Positions 48,601-55,414 of a stretch of 61,486 nucleotides of DNA are shown one piece after another. Within the stretch, counting starts at the first letter, position 1. Each line of letters opens with the position of its first letter. The translations under genes were made by a program, and so were the position numbers. The stretch is taken from contig DCGU01000076.1 of NCBI GenBank assembly GCA_002315325.1, forward strand, positions 1-61,486, in the 5' to 3' direction. This DNA comes from Clostridiales bacterium UBA1770. Lineage in GTDB: Bacteria; Bacillota; Clostridia; Oscillospirales; CAG-272. A model generated the notes under the pieces. It worked only from the letters and a program-made list of their open reading frames with translations. It was not told the origin of the DNA and did not search any database.

Positions 48601-51600
48601 ATATCTGCGGCAACAGTGCAACCAGTGATGCCGGTGGTGTGTACAACACCGACGCCGGTAAGTTCACGATGAACGGCGGCAACATCTGCGGCAATACCGC
48701 AGTCTACGACGGCGGCGGTGTGAAAAATGACGGCGCGTTCAAGATGAACGGCGGCAGCATTAATTACAACAAAATATCCCAAAATGACGGCGGTGGTTTG
48801 TACAATAACGGCACGTGCACGATGACCGACGGCCTCATCGCCGGCAACAGCACAGGCCATTACGGCGGCGGTCTGTACAATAAAGGCAAGTTTACGATGA
48901 CCGGCGGCAGCATTTCCGGCAATGAAACGCGTACTTACAGCGGTGGTGGTATATTCAATAAAGGCGTCGCGACTATCAGCGGCACAGCCTTGATTGCCAA
49001 TAACACGGCCAAAACCTATGCCGGCGGTATTTACAACTGTTACGATGAAGATAAAAATTGCTATGCAACCATGACGGTCCTCGGTGCTGCCAAGATTGTC
49101 AGCAACACTGCAATTGAATGTGCCGGTGGTGTGTGCAACAATGGTGCGTTCACGATGACCGGCGGGTACATTTCCAGCAACACGTCGAAAGCATGCGGCG
49201 GGTTGTACGTCGAGGGGGGTATCGTGACTCTCGGCGGCACAGCGCAAATCTATGGAAACACCGCAACGGTATGCGGTGACAACCTTGCGATTTCAGCCCC
49301 GATTACTTTGGGTAACGGAACCGATGCCCCTGCCGATGGGATGAATGTCGGTGTTTCACTGATAGATGCGTCGAATTATCCGACGTTCACAATCAAAACA
49401 GGTGCGGTCACGAAAGAAGCAGACGCACTGTGCGCTGAATATTTCCACAGCGATGATGATAAATACGTGGTATTCAACACAGGTTTGCCGACTGCGATGC
49501 AAGTATACGTTGGTAACCCCGTCGTCGTTATCAGTGAAACGAACCTGCAATACGAAACAATCAAAGACGCTATCAAGGTTGCCGGCACGACGCCGTCGAC
49601 GATTAAACTGCTGTGCGACGTAAAAGAGAACGTTACGATTCCTGCAGGCGCTGACATTACGCTTGATTTGAACGGTCACGTTCTTGACCTTGGCGGCAAG
49701 CATATTTTGAACCAGGGTATCCTGACCATTGAAGATTCCGATCCCGATGCGGTACATACCGGTACGCTGACAGATTACGTCGGCGGTATCATTACCAACG
49801 GAAACGCCGGTGACGTTGATCCGATACTGCAGGGGATCGGCGGTGCCATTGTCGTTTGCAAAAACGGCAGTGATGCTGCATTGATTATGAATGCCGGTAC
49901 GATTGTCAATTGTACGGCCCTGAACGGTGGTGCAATCTTTGTCGGCGAAGGCGCAACCTTCACCATGAACGGCGGTACAGTCACGCACTGTACGGCTGAA
50001 CGCGGCGGCGCCATCGGTAACTATAAGGGCTCCGCTACGATTGCCGGTACGATTGCATATTGTACGGCAACAAATTACGGCGGCGCGATTTATAACGAGG
50101 GTGACAACACGACAAAGGCAACCACTATTCTGAATGACGGTGCTGTCATTAATAACTGCGCCGCCTTCGGCGGCACGGACCAAATGGGCGGCGGTATCTT
50201 CAATAAAGGTACGCTGGTCATGAATGCAGGTGCCGTTATTGAAAACTGCACTGCAGAAAAGGGTGCCGGTGTGCACAACCACGGCGCCGATTGGGTTACC
50301 TTCACCATGAACGGCGGTACCATTCAAAACAACACGGCCGCAAAGAACGGCGGCGGTGTGCAGAACTCCGATAAGGCAACCTTTGTGATGAACGGCGGTA
50401 CGATTACCGGTAACGTGGCAAAAGAAAGTCTTGCCGGCGGTGTGTTCACCAAGGGCAAAATGACGGTGCTGGGTACGGCTTCCATTTACGGCAACTATAC
50501 CGGCACGTCCACGCAAAAGGCAAGCAATCTGACTGTTGTTAAGGGTTATCCCGTTACCATTGCTTCTAACACGGGGCTGTTGTACGTTTCCGTGATTGAA
50601 AAAGACGGTTCATACAAGGTAACTACCGGCACGTTTACGAACCCGACGGCAACCGATTACAGCGGTGCCTTCTTTGCGGACGACGCGGACAACTACGAGG
50701 TGCGCCCGTACCGCAATGCGAACGGCATTGCATCTATGCTGGCAGGTAAGACGCCCGTTTGTGAAATCACAAGTGAAGGCGATTATATGGGCAACCGCTA
50801 CGATACGTTCAAACAGGCTGTTCAGGATGCTGCGGCAGCGGCAACGCCGACGACCATCAAGCTGTTACAGCCGCTTGATTTGACCGAAACGTATCAGCTG
50901 CCGGATTATACAACGGTGGTCATCAATGACAAGTGGATTGAAACCAATAGTTATAATCTATACGTAGGAAAGGACTGTGTATTTGAAGTTGCCAGCCAGC
51001 GTGATTTGGAAATTGCCCTTTACGTTGTGCCCAGAAACGGCAGCGATAAATCCTATACGCTGAAATTGACGCAGGATATCCACGTTTCCAAGCCTATCAA
51101 AGTGGATTACGGATATTTCAAATCGCTGACGATTGACGGTAACGGCTATGTCTTTACGGCAACGGCAAGCGATACGGCTCCGGCACAGAGCCACGTTCTC
51201 TATTTCTACAACGACGTAAACTTCTATAAAGAAGTAAAGCTTAATAACGTTGTCATCAACGTCGGCAACGGTTTCCGCGGCGGTATTTGCGTGGATAAGA
51301 CGGTTGACGCTGCGATTATCGCGGTTGACCTTGACAACGTGACGATTATTGCCGACCGTACCAAGGCACCCCTGGGCAGTGATATGACCGAAAAAACGGG
51401 TACGCTCATCCAAAATAACGGGAACGGTATTTTGGTGAAGGGGCAGCTCAAGCTCGTAACGGATGCCTACTGCTGGTCTGCCGTTGACCTGGATAACGGC
51501 AAGGGCAACGTTATGCTGGAATTTAACACCGGGGCTGTCATTTCCGTGACGGATTTGCGTACGGACGCTGTCAAGATCAAAGAACCCCTGGTGGGACTCA

Positions 51601-54329
51601 GCGGTACTTCCGCAAAACAATGGGCTGTCAGAGTTCCGAGCAGCGGTGCACAGCTGCTCTTTGCTACGAAGACCGATCTTAACCCGGATAACGTAACCGG
51701 TATGCGCTGCAAGGACGGTTACGACGTTGAAATCCATACCCATAATTGGGTATATACCGCAACGGGCACGACCATTACGGCCTCCTGTGCCGGTACGGCA
51801 CACGTTTGCCACACCATGGCATTTGCAACGAACACTTCCATTTCCATCAAGGCGCCTACTGCTCTGACCTATAACGGACAGGCCAAGAATGCAACCCTGA
51901 TCGGCACTTCCATCGTCGGTCAGGATGCGCTCCCCGCAATTACCTATCAATATAAGACGGGTGCCAACGGTGCCTATGCGCCTGCGGCGAATATCACCAA
52001 TGCCGGGTATTACAAGGCAAGCGTGACCATCGGCGACGCAACGGTTTACGTAGAATATTACGTGGCGCAGGCTGCTGTCAGCGAGCCGTTCACGGTGGAT
52101 GCCTACGTTTACAACGGCAGCGAGCTGACGCTGTCCCTGATCGGCGTACAAGACTTTATGACGCTGTCCGGTGAAACGAAGGCTGTACTTGCCGGCCCCC
52201 ATACCGTAGAGATTGCACTGGATATCAACCACACGTGGGCAGACGGCGCCGACGGTAAAATTACCTGGGTCATTGACCCCGCAACGGCTGTCATCGACGT
52301 GGATACGAAGGCCATCGTCGCAACGTACGGTGATATCATCGTATTGCCGACGGCTTCTTCCAACGTCGGTACAGTGGCATGCAGCGCTACGGCTGATGAA
52401 CTGATCAATGCCGGTACCTACGTTGTCACCTATCGTGTTGTCACGACGAGCAATTACGCCGGCAGTGAAAAGACCCTGACCGTCACGATTCTTCCCTTGG
52501 CTGTGAGTGAACCCACCGTGGAAGATATCACGCGCACGTATACAGGTGAAGAATACGTTGTCACCGTTTCCGACGTTGCGTCCTACGTAACTGTCGGCGG
52601 CGAAGTGAGCGGTACCGACGCGGGTATCTACGTGATTACCTACACGCTGGATAACAACCACGTATGGGCAAGCGGCAGTGACGGTATCTATACCTGGACC
52701 ATTGATAAGGCAAACGCCGTCATCGACGTCGATACGACCGCAATCGTCAAGACGTACGGCGACGTTTGGACGCTGCCCGTTGCCGTTTCTACCTTCGGTG
52801 ACGTGGCTTGCGATAAGACGATTGCCGATATGAAGAATGCCGGCACCTACGTTGTGACCTATACGGTGGCAAGCACGACGAACTACAACGGTGACGAAAA
52901 GACCATCACCGTGACCGTTAAACCCCTGGCTGTGAACGAACCCGTCGTCACCGGCGCTTACGTATATGACGGCAGCGAAAAGAAGGCTGTTGTCAGCGGT
53001 GTCGCCGATTACATGACGGTGAGCGGCGTGGATAAAGCCACGGCTGCCGGCACCTACACCCTGACCTACACGCTGGATAACAACCACGTCTGGGCAAACG
53101 GCTCCGACGGTATCGTGACCTGGTACGTCAATACCGTACAGGCACAAATTGCCGTGGATTGCACACCCATCGTCGTGACTTACGGTGAAAAAGTTGTGCT
53201 CCCTGTTGCAACGTCCGACTTCGGTACGGTCGTTTGCGATAAGAATGCACAGGATCTGGTCAATGCCGGTTCCTACGTTGTGACCTACACGGTAGAGGGC
53301 ACGGCAGATTACGCAGGACAGGTCGCAATACTAACGGTTGTGATTAATCCCCTGGCTGTGAACGAACCCACGGTGAGCGGTTCCTACAAGTATGACGGTA
53401 CGCCCGTAACGATTACCGTGAGCGGCGTAGAGGAGTATATGACCCTGGAAGGAAGCCTGACGCAGTCCGCAGCCGGTGTTTATTCCGTTTCCTATACGCT
53501 GGATAACAACCACGTCTGGGCAGATGGTTCCGACGGTGTCGTGACCTATGAAATCAAGGCTGCTTCTATTCTCTCCGATACAACGGAGCAGGGCGGTGAC
53601 AAACCCGCCGTGATTGTCGAAACCGAGGACGGCTTCGGCGACGATATCATCCTGGTCGTTGTGGTTGTCGAAGCTACCGCAACCGATGCGGCCGAAAAGA
53701 CGCAGACCATCGTTGATTACGATAACCTGCCCGACGAGAACCTCAAGCTGAAGGACGACGAAAAGCTCGCCGTCGTGTTCGACGTCAAACTCTATCGCAT
53801 TGTGAACGGTGTCTCCTATGAGATTCAGCCGGAAGACATTAAGCCCGGCACGGTTCTCAAGGTTAAGATGCTGATCCCTGCAGAGGTCGACGTGACCAAG
53901 GTCACAAGACTTTTGCACGTGCACGCAGCCGACGATATCGAGGAAATTCCGTTCGATGCATCGCTGATTGATGCGGACGGTTATTATACGATTGAAATCG
54001 ACCGCCTGTCCGAGATTGCCTTTATCGCCTACAAAGACGCTGCGTCCGAGTTCATCCACTGGATTGTATTGGCCCTGTTGATTGCCCTTGTCGTATTCGT
54101 GGCAATCCTGTGGTACGTATACAAGATCCGCGGATTCAAACAGGACGGGGAGCGCAAATTGGCGCCCTATATCGGCTTCGGTTTGCACTTCGTCGGCATG
54201 GTCACACTTGCCTTCTTGGCAGTCTGTGCCCTGTGCTGGATTCTGCTGGGTGTCAACCTGTTGGCCCTGGGACTTTCCGTCGCACTGTACGTAAAGGGTG
54301 CGAAGGAAGACGAAAAGAAGAACGGATAA
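42684..54329 (+). CDS. Giant surface protein (3881 aa): signal peptide, about six beta-helix (PMP/PbH1-like GGxI repeat) modules, internal Hint module, C-terminal Ig-like repeats and multi-TM anchor
   Basis: GGAGGT RBS and signal peptide KVSLILLMILTFVVLLGVNVGAA. There are dozens of GGG[AIV][YIF]...N.G.[FL]T[MI]..G.I.GN repeats. Module heads of the form VYIGNPVAVISETNL...TPSTIKLLCDV.ENVTIPA..DITLDLNG recur. The tail is homologous to that of the 2458-aa protein. Confidence 0.9.
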   Translation: MKNKLTTKVSLILLMILTFVVLLGVNVGAASTEITSGTKTLTLKNSGEYVLNGDVTRNIKIPSYSDVTIDLNGHVLCGTGNGSVITNNGYLTIKDSNPDALHYYVVNADGSWTWNDAADKTNAVLYASLTDAPTAGTVVCVPGGAITGGNASYGGAINNAAKDKDTYLFLDGGNFIGNVAKKGGGAIASQNKTSGSDILFTSTLTMKNNVKVLGNIVKSDANNTMGGGVYVNSIANLDSCDISYNVSVCTADGNRAYTGGLYFGEKATVTNLALQQELSHLTIVGNITLASGDCSVALGGGISFACQGNIRLFSCTVRGNRVLATGLETAGTARAFGGGAYVYNDNLVLTLKDTTVSDNVAKVEAPKDGDALRYAFGGGIYIGHGTLNINDDDVLISGNLADATYKAQGSGVYMAGNTTFIMTAGKITGNTIKAYRDGDVNEEEGAGVIVTYDSCAFKVGGGAVIVSNTDSLGAENNVYLRENAVISTLPNPTDMRIGVTVVNGVGTITDMTSVPVHSYFFADNADYTLMNEGVVQNYVLKSVVPVCVVTDGALQGQKFGRVKDAFDKASQLEITVSLLCDQTECIELQTGAIGTIDLNGYVLSAPDGKSAIVNGALLTVTDLNTVRTSSHKFVYRKTDAWTLTNTVEDAIGVSAIDEDTLEGTIVIVYGSVITGANGNSAIANSGTMVLENVNIIGNDAAGNNGGGITNGDNGILTLVGCIIAGNKAANGGGIYADKATGGNCFAEGTKITMADGTILPIEDVHVGDKVLSFNHETGNYESQKVMLAYRGEAKASYFTLHFADGNELSIVGCHDLFEQSACRYVTVSTENATEFIGKYFYNAASKSWVKLESVTYCDEKVNFYSIYVAGTINCIANGMLTIPDDMETVCNLYEFNADLTVNAEALQAEIDTYGLLAYEDSPYVLSRETFDALNMRFWNILIGRGFMTTEERDYVYNEWYRDLDLQLTNAQLFGSAVLFSAEVPSNLTISGKTLIFGNVNASGAADNVYLCDGKDICVKNPDADMYVGVTLAGKTGVATTAADDSFAKYFFSDNDEYVAFDTGVAVALQVYIGNPVAVISETNLRYASLTDAIKAADTTPSTIILLCDVTENVTIPDAATITIDLDGYVWQSVADTDEHIIDNNGTLTIIDSNTHNQTHNYKVNAKGVWVLTDDEYTKTFASLTDIPAENDVICVPGGVITGSKLVAIANINTLKIAGGNIIGNAIDDVQAGIIHHHSGEMTITAGNIVGNGIHAVVCEGSTLTMDGGCIAYNNGIGVAIDDESSFYLKNGVIRGNSIGGVNNTGTFLMTGGLITGNKAEMGAGVYSCGTITIGGTAQIYGNTATDCGDNLTIYAPIALGTGTDAPADGMIVGISLLDGDDAIKAGAVTKETTVPYAKYFFSDNDAYVAFNTGKPTAMQVYIGNPVAVISETNLGYPSIKDAIEAAGTTPSTIKLLCDVKENVTIPANADITLDLNGYVLSGDGTTSVIVNYGTATITDSNPTSTHYYVVDANGVWQWNDKATKTDAVNLADLTGIPAAGTIICVPGGAITGGAAVNGGGIESKGTLALEDGTVIGNKVTSNGGGVYVFDSNFTMTGGKVVGNVANTYGGGIYVGKQDSVADFTMIDGNIYGNKASYGGGVYVFKANFTMTGGNVVGNKSTTYGGGVYNAGTFTMNGGTVSDNTAVGASKIGTIYKDGGGVYNADKATFIMTGGSITGNAANSGVYNCGTMTVGGAATITDNKNKDGKASNLYLPSGKTITVQDFNGMVGITTQDAPAAGALIAFTGANDANKTYFFSDNDAYSVIKADATLYLGIPVAQIVETGEKYVSIYDAVTAAGTTPTTIKLLCYVQENVTIPAGAQITLDLCGQILEGAGDSSVIVNYGTLTVTDSNPDIEHYYTVVPTGMWDWNDNEIWLSRPFASFTEIPSEGTIICVPGGAITGGAGMLLYEDDPDTYGGCVCNKGTFTMNGGNICGNSATSDAGGVYNTDAGKFTMNGGNICGNTAVYDGGGVKNDGAFKMNGGSINYNKISQNDGGGLYNNGTCTMTDGLIAGNSTGHYGGGLYNKGKFTMTGGSISGNETRTYSGGGIFNKGVATISGTALIANNTAKTYAGGIYNCYDEDKNCYATMTVLGAAKIVSNTAIECAGGVCNNGAFTMTGGYISSNTSKACGGLYVEGGIVTLGGTAQIYGNTATVCGDNLAISAPITLGNGTDAPADGMNVGVSLIDASNYPTFTIKTGAVTKEADALCAEYFHSDDDKYVVFNTGLPTAMQVYVGNPVVVISETNLQYETIKDAIKVAGTTPSTIKLLCDVKENVTIPAGADITLDLNGHVLDLGGKHILNQGILTIEDSDPDAVHTGTLTDYVGGIITNGNAGDVDPILQGIGGAIVVCKNGSDAALIMNAGTIVNCTALNGGAIFVGEGATFTMNGGTVTHCTAERGGAIGNYKGSATIAGTIAYCTATNYGGAIYNEGDNTTKATTILNDGAVINNCAAFGGTDQMGGGIFNKGTLVMNAGAVIENCTAEKGAGVHNHGADWVTFTMNGGTIQNNTAAKNGGGVQNSDKATFVMNGGTITGNVAKESLAGGVFTKGKMTVLGTASIYGNYTGTSTQKASNLTVVKGYPVTIASNTGLLYVSVIEKDGSYKVTTGTFTNPTATDYSGAFFADDADNYEVRPYRNANGIASMLAGKTPVCEITSEGDYMGNRYDTFKQAVQDAAAAATPTTIKLLQPLDLTETYQLPDYTTVVINDKWIETNSYNLYVGKDCVFEVASQRDLEIALYVVPRNGSDKSYTLKLTQDIHVSKPIKVDYGYFKSLTIDGNGYVFTATASDTAPAQSHVLYFYNDVNFYKEVKLNNVVINVGNGFRGGICVDKTVDAAIIAVDLDNVTIIADRTKAPLGSDMTEKTGTLIQNNGNGILVKGQLKLVTDAYCWSAVDLDNGKGNVMLEFNTGAVISVTDLRTDAVKIKEPLVGLSGTSAKQWAVRVPSSGAQLLFATKTDLNPDNVTGMRCKDGYDVEIHTHNWVYTATGTTITASCAGTAHVCHTMAFATNTSISIKAPTALTYNGQAKNATLIGTSIVGQDALPAITYQYKTGANGAYAPAANITNAGYYKASVTIGDATVYVEYYVAQAAVSEPFTVDAYVYNGSELTLSLIGVQDFMTLSGETKAVLAGPHTVEIALDINHTWADGADGKITWVIDPATAVIDVDTKAIVATYGDIIVLPTASSNVGTVACSATADELINAGTYVVTYRVVTTSNYAGSEKTLTVTILPLAVSEPTVEDITRTYTGEEYVVTVSDVASYVTVGGEVSGTDAGIYVITYTLDNNHVWASGSDGIYTWTIDKANAVIDVDTTAIVKTYGDVWTLPVAVSTFGDVACDKTIADMKNAGTYVVTYTVASTTNYNGDEKTITVTVKPLAVNEPVVTGAYVYDGSEKKAVVSGVADYMTVSGVDKATAAGTYTLTYTLDNNHVWANGSDGIVTWYVNTVQAQIAVDCTPIVVTYGEKVVLPVATSDFGTVVCDKNAQDLVNAGSYVVTYTVEGTADYAGQVAILTVVINPLAVNEPTVSGSYKYDGTPVTITVSGVEEYMTLEGSLTQSAAGVYSVSYTLDNNHVWADGSDGVVTYEIKAASILSDTTEQGGDKPAVIVETEDGFGDDIILVVVVVEATATDAAEKTQTIVDYDNLPDENLKLKDDEKLAVVFDVKLYRIVNGVSYEIQPEDIKPGTVLKVKMLIPAEVDVTKVTRLLHVHAADDIEEIPFDASLIDADGYYTIEIDRLSEIAFIAYKDAASEFIHWIVLALLIALVVFVAILWYVYKIRGFKQDGERKLAPYIGFGLHFVGMVTLAFLAVCALCWILLGVNLLALGLSVALYVKGAKEDEKKNG
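44913..45326 (+). other. Hint (intein-like / bacterial intein-like) module inside the 3881-aa protein
   Basis: It starts at Cys744 with CFAEGTKITMADGTILPIEDVHVGDKVLS (Hint block A). It continues with ELSIVGCHDLF (block B-like) and ends with FYSIYVAGTINCIANGMLT (block F/G-like, with no terminal HN plus nucleophile). Confidence 0.65.
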
Positions 54330-54387
54330 AACGTACAAACACAAAATGCGTAAAGCAATGGGGTGAAAATCCCATAACGTAAAACAT

Positions 54388-54428
54388 GCCCAAGGGACTC
54401 TGCATTTCTGCAGGTCCCTTGGGCTTTT
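54388..54428 (+). terminator. Rho-independent terminator after the 3881-aa gene
   Basis: An 11-bp stem (GCCCAAGGGAC / GTCCCTTGGGC) is followed by TTTT. Confidence 0.8.
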
Positions 54429-54436
54429 ACGTCCCA

Positions 54437-54466
54437 TTGACAAAACTACTCCGATAGGAGTATAGT
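54437..54466 (+). promoter_or_regulatory. Sigma-70-type promoter of the structured RNA-like unit
   Basis: TTGACA (54437-54442), an 18-nt spacer, then TATAGT (54461-54466). Confidence 0.5.
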
Positions 54467-54472
54467 TGCCGG

Positions 54473-55040
54473 CTGATTGCAACGCAAACAGACGGCGGGA
54501 TTGCGTAGCAAGACCCGGGCAGTCGTCCTCTTTATCTGTGGCAATGAAATTCGAAGCCTCCTCCGAATGTAGCCGACAAGTCGGCGCATGTGTGCTTCGC
54601 ACTCTATGCAGGGGAGGGGGACCAACGAAGTTGGTGGAAGGAGTTCATTCTTAACTAATGCGTTATCCCACCTGCGGGGGAACACTTTAGCCAAGCCTGC
54701 CTTGTGCAAATGGAAGTAGTCCGCAAGCGGACACGTGTTCGCTACGCAATCTACGTGGGGGACCGCTTCAGCGGTGGAAGGATTGTCGTCTCCCCGTTCC
54801 CCATCCATGGTGCTGAACCTAAAAGCCGTCACCGACGGGGCAATCTCTGCGGAGGGAGTAGGGGGGCCACAGCAGGTGGTGGAAGGAGTTCATCATACAA
54901 ATACGTCTCATTACATCAGGCGAAGAATGACATACACCAACCGTAGGGCGGGTTGCTTGTCGCCCGGGAACCCCCAGCACTCTCTGCGTTCGCGTTGGGG
55001 AACCCCTTGCCCGCCGTTTTTTATGGCGGTTATTTATTAG
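54473..55040 (+). ncRNA. Unassigned ~570-nt structured RNA-like element, copy B
   Basis: It is bounded by its own promoter and a CCGCC-N9-GGCGG hairpin with a T-rich tail (55011-55038). There are three GGGGG-hairpin-GGAAGGA modules (54611-54646, 54756-54785, 54861-54892) with different but always complementary stems. Other hairpins include GCCGAC/GTCGGC and CCGTC/GACGG. Only short overlapping ORFs of non-protein-like composition are present. Confidence 0.5.
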
Positions 55041-55207
55041 ATCGACCTTGCACCCGCCTGAGGATTTGAAATCGGTGTGGTATAATAAGGATGACCGAAG
55101 AAAGAACACGGCTTTTGATAAATATAAAAATCAAAATAAAATAGTCGTGTACAATTATATGCACATATAATGATATATACTTATTTTAACCAAACTGCCC
55201 TAACGTC

Positions 55208-55235
55208 TTGCAATTCTATATTTTCTTGTTATAAT
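55208..55235 (+). promoter_or_regulatory. Candidate promoter of the cas operon
   Basis: TTGCAA (55208-55213), a 16-nt spacer, then TATAAT (55230-55235). Confidence 0.4.
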
Positions 55236-55262
55236 AAAAGCAGAGATTTTATGATGACAAAG

Positions 55263-55378
55263 AAAAAAGGCCTCCGAAGAGACCTTTTTCGCACACACTG
55301 TGCAACCGGTTGCCCGGCGATTTGGATAAATCTTTATTTGAACGCGTAGTGTAATTTCATAGGGGTCTATGTAGTTAC
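55263..55378 (-). ncRNA. tracrRNA: Predicted tracrRNA
   Basis: The minus-strand transcript would read GUAACUACAUAGACCCCUAUGAAAUUACACUAC-GCG-UUCAAAU.... The segment UACACUAC...UUCAAAU pairs with 15 of the 16 visible repeat nt (GUUUGAG-A-GUAGUGUA), leaving a bulge like the SpCas9 repeat:anti-repeat duplex. It ends in a GGUCUC-UUCG-GAGGCC hairpin plus U6 (55263-55290). Confidence 0.6.
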
Positions 55379-55384
55379 ACCAAC

Positions 55385-55413
55385 ATTATAACCAACAAAA
55401 AGGAGTTTGTCAA
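55385..55413 (-). promoter_or_regulatory. Consensus sigma-70 promoter for the tracrRNA, overlapping the cas9 RBS and start region
   Basis: On the minus strand: TTGACA (55413-55408), a 17-nt spacer, then TATAAT (55390-55385). Confidence 0.6.
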
Positions 55414-55414
55414 C

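Noticed and set aside
18500-54400. Calling the surface-protein island a mobile genomic island or prophage
   Set aside because: No integrase, transposase, tRNA attachment site or flanking direct repeats were seen. Apart from the AAA-ATPase gene, composition looks like the housekeeping genes.
54446-55109. Four overlapping ORFs (80-128 aa, both strands) across the structured element, and the 61-aa ORF at 98-283 in copy A
   Set aside because: They are mutually overlapping, have no RBS, are rich in R, G and P, and their frames are not conserved between the two copies. Conservation follows base pairing rather than codons.
55251-55349. 32-codon plus-strand ORF (MMTKKKGLRRDLF...) upstream of cas9
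   Set aside because: It lies exactly antisense to the predicted tracrRNA and its terminator and has no RBS. It is most likely fortuitous, though it would be part of the cas9 5' leader if the 55208 promoter is used.
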